Assembly (NCBI RefSeq): GCF_947568905.1
Contig: NC_079172.1
Coordinates: forward strand, 18,786,001-18,850,000
Direction: 5' to 3'
Source of the DNA: Ostrea edulis
Lineage: Eukaryota
DNA length: 64,000 bases
Shown here: positions 37,765 to 52,130 of the stretch, piece after piece
Layout of the letters: every line of letters starts with the position of its first letter
How positions within the stretch are numbered: position 1 is the first letter of the stretch
Position numbers and translations under genes: made by a program
Notes under the pieces: model-generated
Database searches by the model: none
What the model was told of the DNA's origin: nothing
What the model saw: the letters and a program-made list of their open reading frames with translations, nothing else

Positions 37765-40700
37765 GTGAGAAGATTAAAAAAAAAGACCATTTTGAGAATA
37801 TATTGTTTCACAGTGGACCCCCAATTTTTATACAAAAGGGTCATAACTCTCACAAAAGTGGATTATTTACTAGAAAAGCTACATTGGAAGTTTCATATCA
37901 GTGTCTCAGAACTAAAACTGTCAACTGACTGTTAGACAGAGAGGAAACATATGTCAGCTCCCCTTTGGTTTTACCAATAGGAAACCAAAAATTGTAGTAA
38001 TTAAGGTTTTCTTGCACCGAAATTCTATAACTTTTTCTGAAGTAATTAAACTTGCCACAAAATTCAACTGAAGTTTGTGTATCAAATTTCATTAACCGAG
38101 GTGAAATGGACTGGTATGTAAATTTTTGTGATTCTTAGAACTAGTAAATACTCTCAGTGATAACAAAAATTGATCAAGATCTATTTTATCAATGCTGCAT
38201 AAGCATTCTTTTCTTCATTTAATGTCAATAACAGTATTTTAACCCTGAATGAGGTGATCAAAGTAATATTAACCATGCCAAATTTGAATCTGGAAGAGAT
38301 GGAAATGAATGGGTTATCTGCATGTTTTATAATCTGCATGTTTATAATCTGACAGTTTGATTCATGAAGCGATAGGTATGATTTCCTGGTAAACATTACA
38401 GAGAGAAAAATTCTTGATGGCCCTTGAGACTAAAAGAACAGGTGATGTGGCTGATAAGACTTTGCTCTTCACAAGATATGGAATTGGGCACTTAAATCCT
38501 AGTGTTAAAAAACCTGCAAGGATAAATTGATTGTAATGCTTAACAAACCCTACATACAGTGTTATGCTGTGCTTTTTAATAGAATCCAAAAATAAATGAA
38601 TCAATAGAGCTCCAAATACTATGAGAAAATTCAGGTTGATCTCATGGCATGTCATTTAAGAAATAAATTTCGTTTTTGAAAATACACGAGAGTATGAACT
38701 GCAAACCTTCCAGAAGACATGCTTCATGAAGTGTATTAGAATTTCCTTCAAATTCTCAAGACTCCTTGTTCGTAAAGATCTGGGATGACTTTTCGACTTT
38801 TGGAAATTTAGATTTATGTATGATTGCTATCAGTGTCAATAGGTCAATAGTAAGCATCTTGATCCATTTCTATTTACCATTCACTCACAAGCCTATAGGT
38901 TATGCACCTTTATTTCTGTTTGAAGTGTTTATCATCCTGTCAGATGTTATTATTACCCCCAGGGGCCATAACTTGAACAAGCTTGAATCTACACTATTTC
39001 AGGAAGCTTTCATGTAAGTTTCAACTTTTCTAGTCCCGTGAGTTCTTTAGAAGAAGATTTTTAAATGACCCCACTTGATTTTTGCTTTGATTATCAGCTC
39101 GCCTCTAAATGGGGCATGGCCCTTCCTTTGAATAAACTTGAATCCCTTTACCCAAACATGATTTGTGCCATTAAGTTTGATTGAAATTGTTCCAGTGGTT
39201 CTGGAGAAGAAGTTGAAAATGTTATATTTGCGACATGGATATATTACTCATTCATGGGTGATATATTAGATTAATTTTATTTTGAAATCTATTCCGTAAA
39301 TTTGAAACTCAAGGCAGCAGAAAATGGTGTTATGGACATTCGGAGGAATAAACACGTTTTCCTTACATCCCTTCATGCTTGAAAAGTAAATAATGTTTTA
39401 TTTCCATTTTTGTTTGTTATACATCCTTATTATTTTGCTTTTTTAGGTCACCTAAACTCAGGTGACCTATTGCAATTGGTCTGCATCCATCGCCGTGTGC
39501 TAACAACAATTAAACATTTTCAACTTCTTGATAACTACTACCATTCCAATTTTATAAAATTTCATATGTAGCAGTTTTTGGACAAGGGGGACATAAATTG
39601 TAAATTTCAGGACTACTGCCCCCCACCCCCACCCCCTGCAAAAATTTGACCAATTTTCAAAAATGTTCTCTACAACTGTGAATATGTAAGAAAAACTAAA
39701 TGCATGGTGATGTAGAGCAGGAAGTCCTCTACCAAAATTGTAAATTTCGTGATTTCAAGAGGAAACTCAGTCTACCAGATAACTTACTGAGATTACCTGT
39801 GTTCATTTTCCTATGCAAACAGAAATATGTACACACATAGTGATTATGCTTTAAACTGAGAAAAGAATTGTAATATTATAAATCACAAGTATATAATGTC
39901 ATACAATTTCTGTTTGCTCAAACAAAGTTTCTATGTTCTTTGATTTGAAAAGAGTGTGACCTTGAAATGACCTTCACAAAAACAAGAACCAGGGAATCCA
40001 CTTTTCTGTTTGTCAAAAGAATGTATACATTCTACACTTATTGTAGATAAAATATAACATCTCAATGCATCCAATAAACATGAAAAGAATCGATCCTTTA
40101 ATGAAATTTTTTTTACAAGTTTTTAGTACATTCTGAGTTTCCAGAATAGCTCTTTATTGTGAAATGTATGCAGGAAGTAAATGCATCTATTATTCATTCT
40201 GGAAATCCTTTAGTTTACATTGAATGTCTTTGGAAAAACATTATTTGTTTACAAGATGCATACAATAATCTATTGACTTTGGCTTGCTTCTTCTTCTTTG
40301 GAATTTTACAAGATGCAGATTTTCATAGATTTTTCAGTGTGTGTACACAGATTTCTTTTAGGGTTTTGCCAAAGATTATCAAAAAACGATCTGTAAGATT
40401 TGTTTTAGTGGATTTTGGTCCCTGCCACAATCCCAGATTTATTAGTTATGTTGTTTGCCATGAAAAAAGTTTGTTGCATTGAGATATTTTGACCACATTT
40501 TGGGTTTGTTTTTGTACGTTCAGCTAACAAAATTAACAAGAGTATGCTATTAATTTTGTGAGATGGAGACTAGATACTGTTCAGAATGAAGGAACTTGTG
40601 AAGCTTTAGAGATAATTTTTGACAATTCTTGATGCTTCCTCTTAGCTTTGTACATGTTGTGTGGGGGTGGGTTTTTTTTTTTATCAGAAAATCAAAGGTT

Positions 40701-42169
40701 GGGCAATTCTGCATTATGTTGCTTTGAAAATTTCAGACATTGGAAGAATTTTAAGACAAAAAATGAATTAAACTGGCTTTTCAGGCAAGTGCTCTCTGAA
40801 TTTGATTTTAACAAAAAAGCTACTAGAAATCAGGCCCATCTCTTTCTGAGGGTCAATGGTTAGGATCGGTACTTTCAATTAATAGGCTTGGAAATGAAGT
40901 TAGCTCAGTAATCTTAATTATTGTGTATCACAAGGAGATAAAATATGCAAAAACAAAACGTCTATTATAAGTATGTTTCACTTTAGTTGAAACCACCCAA
41001 GATGAAATTCAGTGAGACTGGTTTTTTATGCAAATCAGGCTGATATTGATATTTGAAAACAAACATTGTGAATTTTAGCTATTGTTTACATTCTTTGTTA
41101 AATTTAGTAAGCTGTTCATTTAAATCTGTTTCTTGTGTGCTTGATTTACGTCCCTTCAAAAACACTTCATGTCACCCGCTGTAGGTGAAGTACCACAAAT
41201 TTAGACTTATGCTTGGTGCTCATGGCCATAGAAGTGAGGGTTCTCTAACATGCCAATGCCTGCCGTGACACGACCTCCATTTTAAAAGGTCAAATCTCGG
41301 GTCCAAATCTGATGCTGGTGTAATTTTAGATGGTGCTATTAGAATCAGCAACAATGACTGGTGTATATTTGGAAATGACTTTTCACAGCATGCGTCTTCT
41401 GAAACTTTCAAAGTCATCCTCTGAAGTTGTTAATACTCTCTCCTACAGAACTTACTTTATTATATAATCTTAATGCATGTGTGAACTCAGATTACACTAA
41501 AATTATATTTAAACATCGCTACATGTAGTTCTTTTATAAGAACAAAATTCATTGAGTTTGTATATGGTAGATATAGAGGTATCGTCCAACCAATCACAAA
41601 TTGTTGGAAAAGGCCACCTTTAACTAGAATACAAACTTTTCAAATGGTTTTATTTGGGTATCACTGTTCTTAATTCCATTGCATAAATTTTGGTTAAAGG
41701 TGCCCTGCATGTTGAAAATGATTAAAATCTACAACCAGTATGAATCTGGTCTCTACTCTGAAGAGAAACCTGTCATAAATAAATCTTTTTCATATCAATG
41801 CCTACGTGGTTAGAGCTAGTTGTAAGTTTTTGTGATTCCAAGTTCGAGACCTACAGATATATATTTTAGGGTTTTTTCATGTTACATCGATTTCCACAAC
41901 ATGACAGATTTGACAAAACACCAGTTTGAGGAACTATTTAACATACTGATATCAGAATACAGTGTGAAGGTTCTGGTCATGAAGTTATGATGAACATAAT
42001 TATGATATTGACTATAAAGACTTATTGCTCATATGATTAACAACTACATAATGAATTAAACATGTTCATTTGGAAAATGAAATAAATTTAGGTTAGTGAC
42101 TTTTGTATTCTGCATTTTTGTCATATTATTCTAAAAGGAAAACCTGTAATAAACAAAACATCCCATACC

Positions 42170-42600
42170 ATAAACTTGGCCATAGACTCGTTATAACAAT
42201 CTAGTTTACCAATACAAGCTGTCATTGGGTCAGATGTTGTCTGACATGTTTCATTGGTGTTACAGGGGTTTCTGAAGTCTCGTTTAAAGCCAGCATTTCA
42301 CAAAATCTATGGTCGTTATAATGATTACTTTGCCAATACAACTTGTCAATGTTATTGGGTAAAATTCTGTCTGACGTGTTTCATACCAATTGTTGGGCCA
42401 TTCTTTACTCACTGATTTTGACTACAGATTACTCTGTTTACCGGATCAAGATATAGGGTTACGGTGGGTGTGACCGGTCAACAGGGGATGCTTACTCCTC
42501 CTAGGCACCTGATCCCACCTCTGGTATATCCAGAGGTCCGTGTTTGCCCAACTCTTAATTTTGTATTCCTTATAGGAGTTATGAGATTGGTGATCAGATC
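42170..42600 (+). mobile_element. Penelope-like 3' end in partial tandem arrangement
   Basis: A partial copy (42170-42255) precedes VLQGFLKSRLKPAFHKIYGRYND..., then 3' UTR caggggatgcttactcctcctaggcacctgatcccacctctgg and the tail unit. Confidence 0.7.
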
Positions 42601-42981
42601 GTTACCTTCAACTTTTCATTTCAATGTGATCAAGGTTACAAGTCTGAATCAATAGCCGAGTTATTGCCTTTTTGAACATTATTTTCAATACCATATAGCA
42701 TTGAGTTTTTTTCACAAGTGTAAACTTAAGCAATTTTTTTTTAACTCAAAAAGGTATACAAATAATTTTAACAGAATATATTTTAGTGGACATGGAGTTT
42801 CAAAACACAAAAATTGATGAGCAGTGTAGTGTTAATTACTTATTTGTAAAACATTTTGCTGTCATAAAAAACAGTTATCATAAAAATAATCCCCGTAGTT
42901 TATTTATCGAACAAGGTGAAGAGTGCTGCATATACCTTTCACATAAAAACTGATATACAGATCGAGTTATCTTTCTTGGTA

Positions 42982-43015
<34 letters not shown>

Positions 43016-43126
43016 TGCAGACATATTTGGGTGCAAATTTAGTTATTTTAACAATTTGGCAGAATGAAAGAAGCCAAAATTATCATCCTGTGGAAAAGAA
43101 AATGCTATATGGTATTATAGCTGATA

Positions 43127-43840
43127 TTTATGCTCCCCTTCAAAGAGGAACATATTGCTTTGCCCCTATCGGTCAGTAGACCACATGTTGTCCACTCAAT
43201 GTCTTGAGAACCATCCACTTGATCATAATAATATTGCATATGTAGGTTGGTAATGAATAGAAAAGGATCCCTATTTTTTTCAGGTCAAGGGTCAATTTAC
43301 TCTGGACATAGGAATATACTGTCTGTTCAATATCTTGAGAACCCTTTGCTTGACAGACATTAAACTTGGAACACTGGTACATCAAAAAGAGTAGATGACT
43401 CTTTATGATTTTGAGGTCACATGATCAAGGGTCAAACTGGACATAGGAAGAGACTGCTCTCTTTAGAACCCTTCGCTTGATAGACATCAGATTTGGTACA
43501 CTTGTACATCATAAGGAGTAAATGACCCCTATTAATTTTGGGTTCAAAGGTCAAGGGTCAAACTAGACATAGTAATATATTTTCTCCAATGTTTTAATAA
43601 CATTTGCTTGATTGACACCAAACCTGGTATACTGGTACATCCTAATGAGTAGACAACCTCTATTGATTTTTAGGTCACATGGTCAAAGGTCGAGGATCAA
43701 TCTACTCTGGACATGGGAAGATAATGAATATCTTGAATTGTTTTGGCACTACTATCAATTAAATGGTGCATGTGCATAACCCTTTTAAATTTTGCACGGG
43801 GTGGTGGGGGGGATATGTGTTTTACAAACATTTCTTGTTT
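43127..43840 (+). mobile_element. Helentron-like element, same family as 16431, with intact tail
   Basis: Head, core units and tail gggggatatgtgttttacaaacatttcttgttt. Confidence 0.7.
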
Positions 43841-43931
43841 ATTCATACATGTTGTATACATCATGCAGCTAAAATGACAGTTAGTGTTGTATGTAGATGA
43901 ATGACATGTGTTTTATACCATTTTTTCGCAG

Positions 43932-44101
43932 GAGGACGTAACATGACAATTTCACTGCAGTCTCGCACTGGCCACATGAACATGGAGGCAGTGGTGGGCA
44001 TGCTGGTGTTCACACAGTTTTGGTTCTGGTATCCCCTGACACATTTCCTGTCAATGGCCTTCACTCCAACCTGTCTGGTGGGTCTCAACGAGGACCTCAA
44101 G
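43932..44101 (+). CDS. PSMD1: PSMD1 exon
   Basis: tcgcag|(G)[56 protein letters not shown]|gtcagt; 170 nt. Confidence 0.95.
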
Positions 44102-44631
44102 GTCAGTATCTAACAAGAATGGAGCTCAATTAGGACCATAAGGTCAATATATAAAAAATACAGGCTTAGATTTGGATCTTATAAGATCAGTATTTTTTTT
44201 AAGAATGGGCTTTGTATGATGACCTTTAATTTAGTATCATAAATGGGAATTTTATCCAATCATCAATAGATATTTTATTCATGACTCACTGCAGATTTCC
44301 TTTAAAAGACTGGACTGTTTGACTAATCATCTGGTAGAAATTCACTTTGATCTTATGTACTTTGGATAGATACTGCATGGACCAGATGTCTTTTTAGGTC
44401 CTGCACTTTTTGATTAATTAATTGGTCAGACAGATAATCATGTAGTCCTATAAAGATTCACAGCCTGTTTAACTAAATGTCTGGTGACAGAAGAAGTTTT
44501 CTGCAGACAGTTGGTAAGATGTTCTTCTTTTTTTCTAAATATTGGAAATCAATAGCATGGTTGCTAACTGTTGGATCACCAAAGATTTAAAACTGGGCTA
44601 TTACATGACTGTATTAAGTTTGAAATTACTG

Positions 44632-46178
44632 ATGAAGCTTGCACGAGTCTAAAACCAGAATCCTGACATTTAATGAAGCTTGCACGAGTCTAGAAACCGG
44701 AATCCTGACATTTAAAGCTTGCACGAGTCTAGAACCAGAATCCTGACATTTAATGAAGCTTGCACGAGTCTAGAAACCGGAATCCTGACATTTAAAGCTT
44801 GCACGAGTCTAGAACCAGAATCCTGACATTTAATGAAGCTTGCACGAGTCTAGAAACAGGATCCTGACATTTAATGAAGCTTGCACGAGTCTAGAACCAG
44901 AATCCTGACATTTAATGAAGCTTGCACGAGTCTAGAACCAGGATCCTGACATTTAATGAAGCTTTCACGAGTCTAGAACCAGAATCCTGACATTTAATGA
45001 AGCTTGCACAAGTCTAGAACCAGGATCCTGACATTTAATGAAGCTTGCACGAGTCTAGAAACCGGAATCCTGACATTTAAAGCTTGCACGAGTCTAGAAC
45101 CAGGATCCTGACATTTAATGAAGCTTGCACGAGTCTAGAACCAGAATCCTGACATTTAATGAAGCTTGCACAAGTCTAGAACCAGAATCCTGACATTTAA
45201 TGAAGCTTGCACGAGTCTAGAACCAGGATCCTGACATTTAATGAAGCTTGCACGAGTCTAGAAACCGGAATCCTGACATTTAAAGCTTGCACGAGTCTAG
45301 AACCAGAATCCTGACATTTAATGAAGCTTGCACGAGTCTAGAAACAGGATCCTGACATTTAATGAAGCTTGCACGAGTCTAGAACCAGAATCCTGACATT
45401 TAATGAAGCTTGCACGAGTCTAGAACCAGGATCCTGACATTTAATGAAGCTTTCACGAGTCTAGAACCAGAATCCTGACATTTAATGAAGCTTGCACGAG
45501 TCTAGAACCAGGATCCTGACATTTAATGAAGCTTGCACGAGTCTAGAAACCGGAATCCTGACATTTAAAGCTTGCACGAGTCTAGAACCAGGATCCTGAC
45601 ATTTAATGAAGCTTGCACGAGTCTAGAACCAGAATCCTGACATTTAATGAAGCTTGCACAAGTCTAGAACCAGAATCCTGACATTTAATGAAGCTTGCAC
45701 GAGTCTAGAACCAGGATCCTGACATTTAATGAAGCTTGCACGAGTCTAGAAACCGGAATCCTGACATTTAAAGCTTGCACGAGTCTAGAACCAGGATCCT
45801 GACATTTAATGAAGCTTGCACGAGTCTAGAACCAGGATCCTGACATTTAATGAAGCTTGCACAAGTCTAGAACCAGAATCCTGACATTTAATGAAGCTTG
45901 CACGAGTCTAGAACCAGGATCCTGACATTTAATGAAGCTTGCACGAGTCTAGAACCAGAATCCTGACATTTAATGAAGCTTGCACGAGTCTAGAACCAGA
46001 ATCCTGACATTTAATGAAGCTTGCACGAGTCTAGAAACAGGATCCTGACATTTAATGAAGCTTGCACGAGTCTAGAACCAGAATCCTGACATTTAATGAA
46101 GCTTGCACGAGTCTAGAACCAGGATCCTGACATTTAATGAAGCTTGCACGAGTCTAGAACCGGAATCCTGACATTTAA
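44632..46178. repeat. 41-bp minisatellite, 38 copies, with a duplicated 12-unit (488 bp) block
   Basis: Unit gaagcttgcacgagtctagaaccagaatcctgacatttaat with 39-bp and point variants. Confidence 0.97.
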
Positions 46179-46216
46179 ACAAACTTGTTGGTAGAGCTTA
46201 CTTAAGCTCTGGTTCA

Positions 46217-46282
46217 TTGGATTCTTCATTAGAACCAGCAGGAATTGGATTCTTCATTAGAACCAGCAGGAATTGGATTTCA
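46217..46282. repeat. 28-bp tandem repeat, about 2.3 copies
   Basis: ttggattcttcattagaaccagcaggaa. Confidence 0.85.
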
Positions 46283-49200
46283 TTTAAAACTTTCAAATGT
46301 AAAGTCACTGCACAAAATGTAATTAAAACTAAACAAATGAAAAAAGGTCTGATACAAGGACTAGTACATCATGCTGCTTTTGAAAAGGGCTATCATTTGC
46401 TATAATAGAAGGTCATGTGACCTTTATAACCAAGATGTATTATCTGTAAACATCATAGGTGGAACACAATGTCATAATGATAAATGGCATGCGGGTGACA
46501 GATAATTAACTGTGGAAAGTGGATATTTAATCTTTCTATTTAATTGGCTTGCAAGATTTTCATTAAATAGGATGCTGAGCTCCACCCACGCATGTGATGA
46601 GAATTAGGGATAGGATCAGGGAGACATGTCATAGTTGGCATGGTTTCCATTTATTGTAATAAACAGGTTAAATTTTAACTGCAATCTTGACAAGGTAGTT
46701 ATCTGCTTAAAGCTTTCATTCTACCTACCCCTACCCCTTCCTACACAGAAATGGTCTTACTGTTGCGAGTTTGTCCATCCCATTACATCGGTTTATGAAA
46801 AAATAGCTTCAGAATTACTTGCAAATAGATATGATCTTATGATCAATTTCTAACTCAAGTACTAGTATTCAGGTAAACTTGTGAACAAAGAATGCTAGAG
46901 TGCATTGAAAAAAGGAATTCAAAGTTTGGTTGGCTGATTTCATTCTCAAAAAGCTATTGACAGTGTTTCTTGTGTATCTCTCAAACTCTTCGTCCTGGAG
47001 CCAGTCCATGCCATGTGACTTGTCTTAGCAAAATTAAAGGCAGAATGGACTTGTTAGAATTGTTTGAAAACACAGGAGTTCTAAAGTAATTGATTTAGGC
47101 TTTATGTGAGTATAGTTCTGACTGTATTTGACTTATGTTATTGCAGACTTTTAGTAAGTGATATTTTTTATCTCCCTGTATTATATGACTTGTAAATGTG
47201 GTCAAATAAATGATTATGCACTCATAATTGTTTAAACAATGTTTTGTTTGGAGTAAGTAGAAACTGGCAGGGGTAGGAGAGACGACCTGGGAAACTGTTC
47301 TTCGGCTTCGATCTTTTCTCCCTATCTCAAGACATTTGTTTTTTGACTGTTCCCCAAGAAGCCATGCAATAAGTGTAGGAACTTGGATGATAATAAGACG
47401 TGTCCGTGGTGACATGCCAGCAGATATTGAAGTGAAATTTAGTCAGTAGTTGTATGGCGATATTGAATTACAGATAAAACTAGACTTGTATTTATTTCCT
47501 CTGCTGTACTTTATATAGCTCCTAATTCTGATGTGTTATAGAAACTGAGATTTCCCCCTGGAAATCTGACTCTAGAATAAGACTTCCTCACAAGAAGAAT
47601 GTTGGTTTATGATATTGCGCTCGAAACCTGGATTTTATGTTTAATGATGCTAATGAACCTATTAAATGCAAAAAATGTAAAGAAATGATAGCAGTTGTTT
47701 TGAAACTTAAACATGATAAAACCACAGGGTATGATCATTTTGTAAGTTAACATATTTCACAATTTTTTTTTTCAAATTAAAATTTTTGAATGCAGAAACT
47801 GCTGATTGGTTTTGTTATATTTGTTTGGGGGTGGGGTGTAAAAAGCAAAGATTGTTAATTTTAATTGTATATTCTTATCTATTTAATTTATAGGTAGAAT
47901 TCAATTTATGTTTTATAGTAAAATCAGACTTTCAGTACACAATGCATACAGCTATAAAGCTTTTTCATATCATTCAACTTGATGAACAGAACATATATAT
48001 TCCATTTTCCATTAATTCATTTTTTGAATTTCCTTTTTCTTCATTGAGCAAATTTGACTAAAAAAATTAAAATATGTTCAACTTTGTGTACAAATAATAA
48101 TAGATAATAATAATACCATATTTATATAGCACCTTTTCATACACTATGTACGCTCAAAGGTGCTTTACAATGCATATATACCTTACAACAGAATGTTATA
48201 CACATTATACATAGAAAATAAATAAAACATTAAAAAGCAATGATATAAAAGGCGTTATCACATGTAAACAGTCCGCAGCTGTACCTGTCCTGATTGTATG
48301 TATAAAACATGAAAACACAAGATACCATAGATATATGCTAGATAAACGTAAACATCAGTTCTTCAAATAAAGAAGAAGATTAAGTGAATGGACATGGAAC
48401 ACGAGTGTAATTAATTCTACACAATGAGTGTTGTAAGATCTGATTTATGTGTCTAATTGAATATCAATTAATCAGGCATTATGGAAAGTTATTTCACCAT
48501 TATAAATTCAATTCTATGAAAGGTCAAAAAAAATATCATTTAATCTATCTATTTAGCAAAGGACAAAGAAAAAACTCTTGGTTTGTCCATCTTACTTGTC
48601 AAAGTTTTAAGCTAAGACCGGTAAAATGAAGCTGCCATGAAACGGTTTTAAAAGAAGAAAGGTTTTCAGTATTTTCTTTCCATAAATTCAACTAGTAAAT
48701 TTTAATTCTGCATTTACATCTAGCAATTCAACTGAAACTAATAGAGAAAGCATGTTACATTCAGCATAACCTGTTTTTGTATGAAGTTGTTTATTACAAT
48801 GCTCCACTTAATGTGATGAAATAGTTTGGAAAATAAAACATCGTATTAACCAGGTTCCACTGTACGTGCAGACTAATGAAAGAAACCAACTCATCAATCA
48901 ACTAATGGGTGAAAGATGAAATCTTTCTGACCACAACAGATACATAGCAATTATTTAAATTCACTCCAGACTTCAATCAACTTAGCTTTAACTGAATGTA
49001 GTGAAAAGAAGGAAAAATAGGGAAGAGATGGACATTTTCCAGATGCAGACATGCTTACAGTAGTTTGGGGGTTTGTAAATTCAATGCAAGTGCTAGCTGA
49101 TGATCTTTAAAATCTATTTATTAAAAAACAAATTAGAAATACATAGTGAAATATGCAGGGTCATGCTTGTTTGTAATTGAACAGAAAATATGAAAACATG

Positions 49201-49924
49201 GAAGAATTGTAAACAGGATTAATGAATCGTGATCCGTCAAATTTTTCCATTACCAGTAGAGGAATAGGGTGTTGTTCATTTCTCAGCTGCTCTCGAATAT
49301 CAAAAGTATAATTTTCTTCCTAGAAATAGTTTCTATTTCGTACTTTTGAAAATTAGGACTTTTTTACCAAGTAGTTTTTCAGAGTCCTGTTCAGTGTAAC
49401 CCTAATTCCATTGTTTAAGAATATTACAAATTAAATGTAAACAATTTTAAGACAAAGAAATAAAAGAAAATTCAGCCATTGATGGAATTGAACCTTCGTG
49501 GAGTTTTAAACTAAAAGTCTTTTTCTCTTAAAAAAAAATCAATATCACTTTGGAATACATGCAGTGACTCAATTTTGTAATTGGAATTTTTTGCAATTAT
49601 GAAAATTGATATCTGGATGCAGAGTTATTTAAGCCTTTGATAATTATATCTTGATGTCTATTGTGGTAGTAACACAATACATGTAGCTCCTTTTGAAAAT
49701 TTGTCTGCATACCATTATGTGTTATTTGCACAACGAATGTCAATATAATAAGTCCATTAAGTCAATGCTTGATCATTCTAATAATTCCCCATTGGGGGGG
49801 GGGGGGGGGGGGGGGTATGTATGGAATAAATCTCTAAAGCTTTCATTATAATCTAAAAGGAAAAATAATGTTGAATGTAATTATAATCTGACATCACTCT
49901 CAATTTTTTAGAAGTGAGGTTATG

Positions 49925-51160
49925 TGTTTTTAGTCCCCACTAGTGAAACCGAAGGGGACTTTAGGTTTCCTCTTCCTCTGTCTGTCAGTCAGTTTGCCAC
50001 ACTTGGTTTTCCACAATATTTATACCCCATGCAACGAGTTGCAGAGGGTATAGTGTTTTTACCAGCAAGTCAACGCAACTCCTCTGAAAACGCCTTACAG
50101 AATTTCTTGAAACTTTGTACTTAATAAGGGCATACTGTGTAGATGTGTGTATTCGCAGAAAATTCTTCTTCAATTTTTTTCTTGGGACTTATGCCCCTAT
50201 TGAATTCAATAAATTGGTCTCCATCACTCCTGTTCTTATCAACGCAACTCTCAAACTGCTGAACAGAATTTCATGAAACTTTGTATTTTGCTTCTGAACC
50301 CACCTCTGGTATGTCCAGAGATCCATGTTTGCCTTACTCTCAATTTTGTTTTTTTTTTTTAAGGAGTTATGAGATTGATCACTGTTCGTTATCTTCACCT
50401 TTATAGGAGTTATGAGATTGATCACTGTTCGTTATCTTCGCCTTTTCGCTTTATAAGGACATACTGTGTAGACATGCTAGACATGCATACTCACAACAGA
50501 AAATTCCGATTCAGGTTATTTTTTCTAGGAGTTATGCCCCTTTTAAACTTAGAAATTTGGCCAAAATTAGATATACTACTGATTACAGTTTGTCAGGGCA
50601 ACTTAACAGAATTCCATGAAACTTTGTAGTTAATAAGGACATACGGTGTAAATGTGCGTATTCACAGGAAAGTCTGATTCAGTTTTTTTTCAGGGAGTTC
50701 TGTCTCTATTAAACGTAGAAGTTTGACCAAATTTAGATTTACTATTGAAAAAATTTGTCAGCACAACACCTCTGAAACCATGTAACAGAAATTCTTGAAC
50801 CTTTGTAGTTAATAAGGAAATACTGTGTAAATGGGCATATTTGCAGGAAAGTCTAATCTATTGTTAGCTCACCTGAGCTGAAAGGTCAAGTGAGCTTTTC
50901 TAATCACCTGTTGTGCATCATTTGTCCATCTGTTTGTAAACTTTTTACATTTTCAACATCTTCTCCAGAACTACTGGGCTAATTTCAACCAAACTTGGCT
51001 AAAAGTATCCTTGGGTGAAGGGCTTTCAAGTTTGTTTAAATGAAGGGCGATGCCTCTTCAAAGGAATTACAAAAATGCAAAAATAGGATGTGGTCATTTA
51101 AAAATCTTCTCAAGAACCACTGGACCAGAAGAGCTGAAATTTACATGAAAGCTTCCTGAT
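49925..51160 (+). mobile_element. Cluster of nested Helentron-like fragments with an inserted Penelope tail (50300-50450)
   Basis: Successive hairpin heads at ~49925, ~50020 and ~50865, recurring gaaactttgtagttaataaggacatactgtgtagat units, and two 43-bp tail units. Confidence 0.55.
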
Positions 51161-51254
51161 ATGTGGTTTACTACTGTTTGTTTACAGATTTCGTCGTTTT
51201 TGTAGTGAAATTCTTAAAAAGAACTCAGACATGATGGTAGAAATGAGGCTTGTG

Positions 51255-51392
51255 TCCTTGCCCTGCTCAATTCAGGTCAAGAATTTCTTTGACCTGCTCA
51301 ATTCAGGACAAGACTTTCCTTGCCCTGCTCAATTCGGGACAAGAATTTCCTTGACCTGCTCGATTCAGGACAAGAATTTCCTTGACCTGCTA
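51255..51392. repeat. ~32-bp tandem repeat, 4 copies
   Basis: ccttg(c/a)cctgctcaattcaggacaagaatttc. Confidence 0.85.
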
Positions 51393-51604
51393 CATAATAA
51401 CCATATTCAAACAATATTTACCCCCACCCCCTAGCTGTACTGAGGAACATCATCCATGTGACCATATACAGTTAACAGTTCTTACCTGGGATGTAAAACC
51501 AAGAAATGGTGTACTATGGCCTAATGTTTAAATAGCACATATGATTTGCTTAATATTGTGAGAATTTCAGAAGTTTATTTTGGTATTGTTTTTTCTGGTG
51601 ACAG

Positions 51605-51781
51605 ATGCCAAAGTTGGAGTTCCGTTCTAATGCCAAGGCCTCACAATATGCCTATGTTCCGCCCCTTGAGGACAAGAAGGAGAAAACAAAAGAGAAAGTA
51701 CTGACTGCAGTTCTTAGCATCACTGCCAAACAGAAGAAGAAGGAGGCTGAAAAGAAGAAAGATGAAGAGAAGATGGATGTG
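51605..51781 (+). CDS. PSMD1: PSMD1 exon
   Basis: tgacag|[59 protein letters not shown]|gtaggt; 177 nt. Confidence 0.95.
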
Positions 51782-52051
51782 GTAGGTTAACAAGTAAACT
51801 ATGGTAATCCCATAACATACTGACAAAATCATGATTAATGTTGACCTTGTGACCTTGACTTTAAGATCATGGGTCCTTAGGAATTCACTGACCATCTTTA
51901 ATTTAGATACTGCATATGAAGTTTGGAGGTTGAAAAATACTTCAATTTATCATTCTATTATCTTGACAGATAAAGATATTGGGAATGCAATGTGTGTATA
52001 CTGTGAATGTGTGCTGTTAAATCCCTAAAAATCTTAAAGACTTGTAGACAG

Positions 52052-52130
52052 CACGGGCTAAGCCCGTTTTGGACCCGAATGAATATTTATGGTATCACAG
52101 AGTTCGGGCCCAAGACAGGCTTAGCCCCTG
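52052..52130. mobile_element. ~80-bp hairpin mini-element flanked by a direct repeat
   Basis: Imperfect ~27-bp IR c(a)cgggctaagcccgttttggacccgaa / ttcgggcccaagacaggcttagcccctg; flanks ttgtagacag and tagtagacag. Confidence 0.5.

Noticed and set aside
41795-41860. tRNA gene (TGGTTAGAGC...GTTCGAGAC)
   Set aside because: Only A/B-box-like remnants; no acceptor or anticodon stems, so probably a SINE head.
44625-44720. Array monomer derived from a hammerhead (first unit starts CTGATGAAG...GAGTCTAGAAAC)
   Set aside because: Stem II is imperfect, extra TA precedes GAAA and no stem I is present; suggestive only.
44632-46178. CRISPR array or cloning-vector polylinker (HindIII/XbaI/BamHI sites)
   Set aside because: No unique spacers, no cas genes, eukaryotic intron context; the variants show natural tandem evolution.
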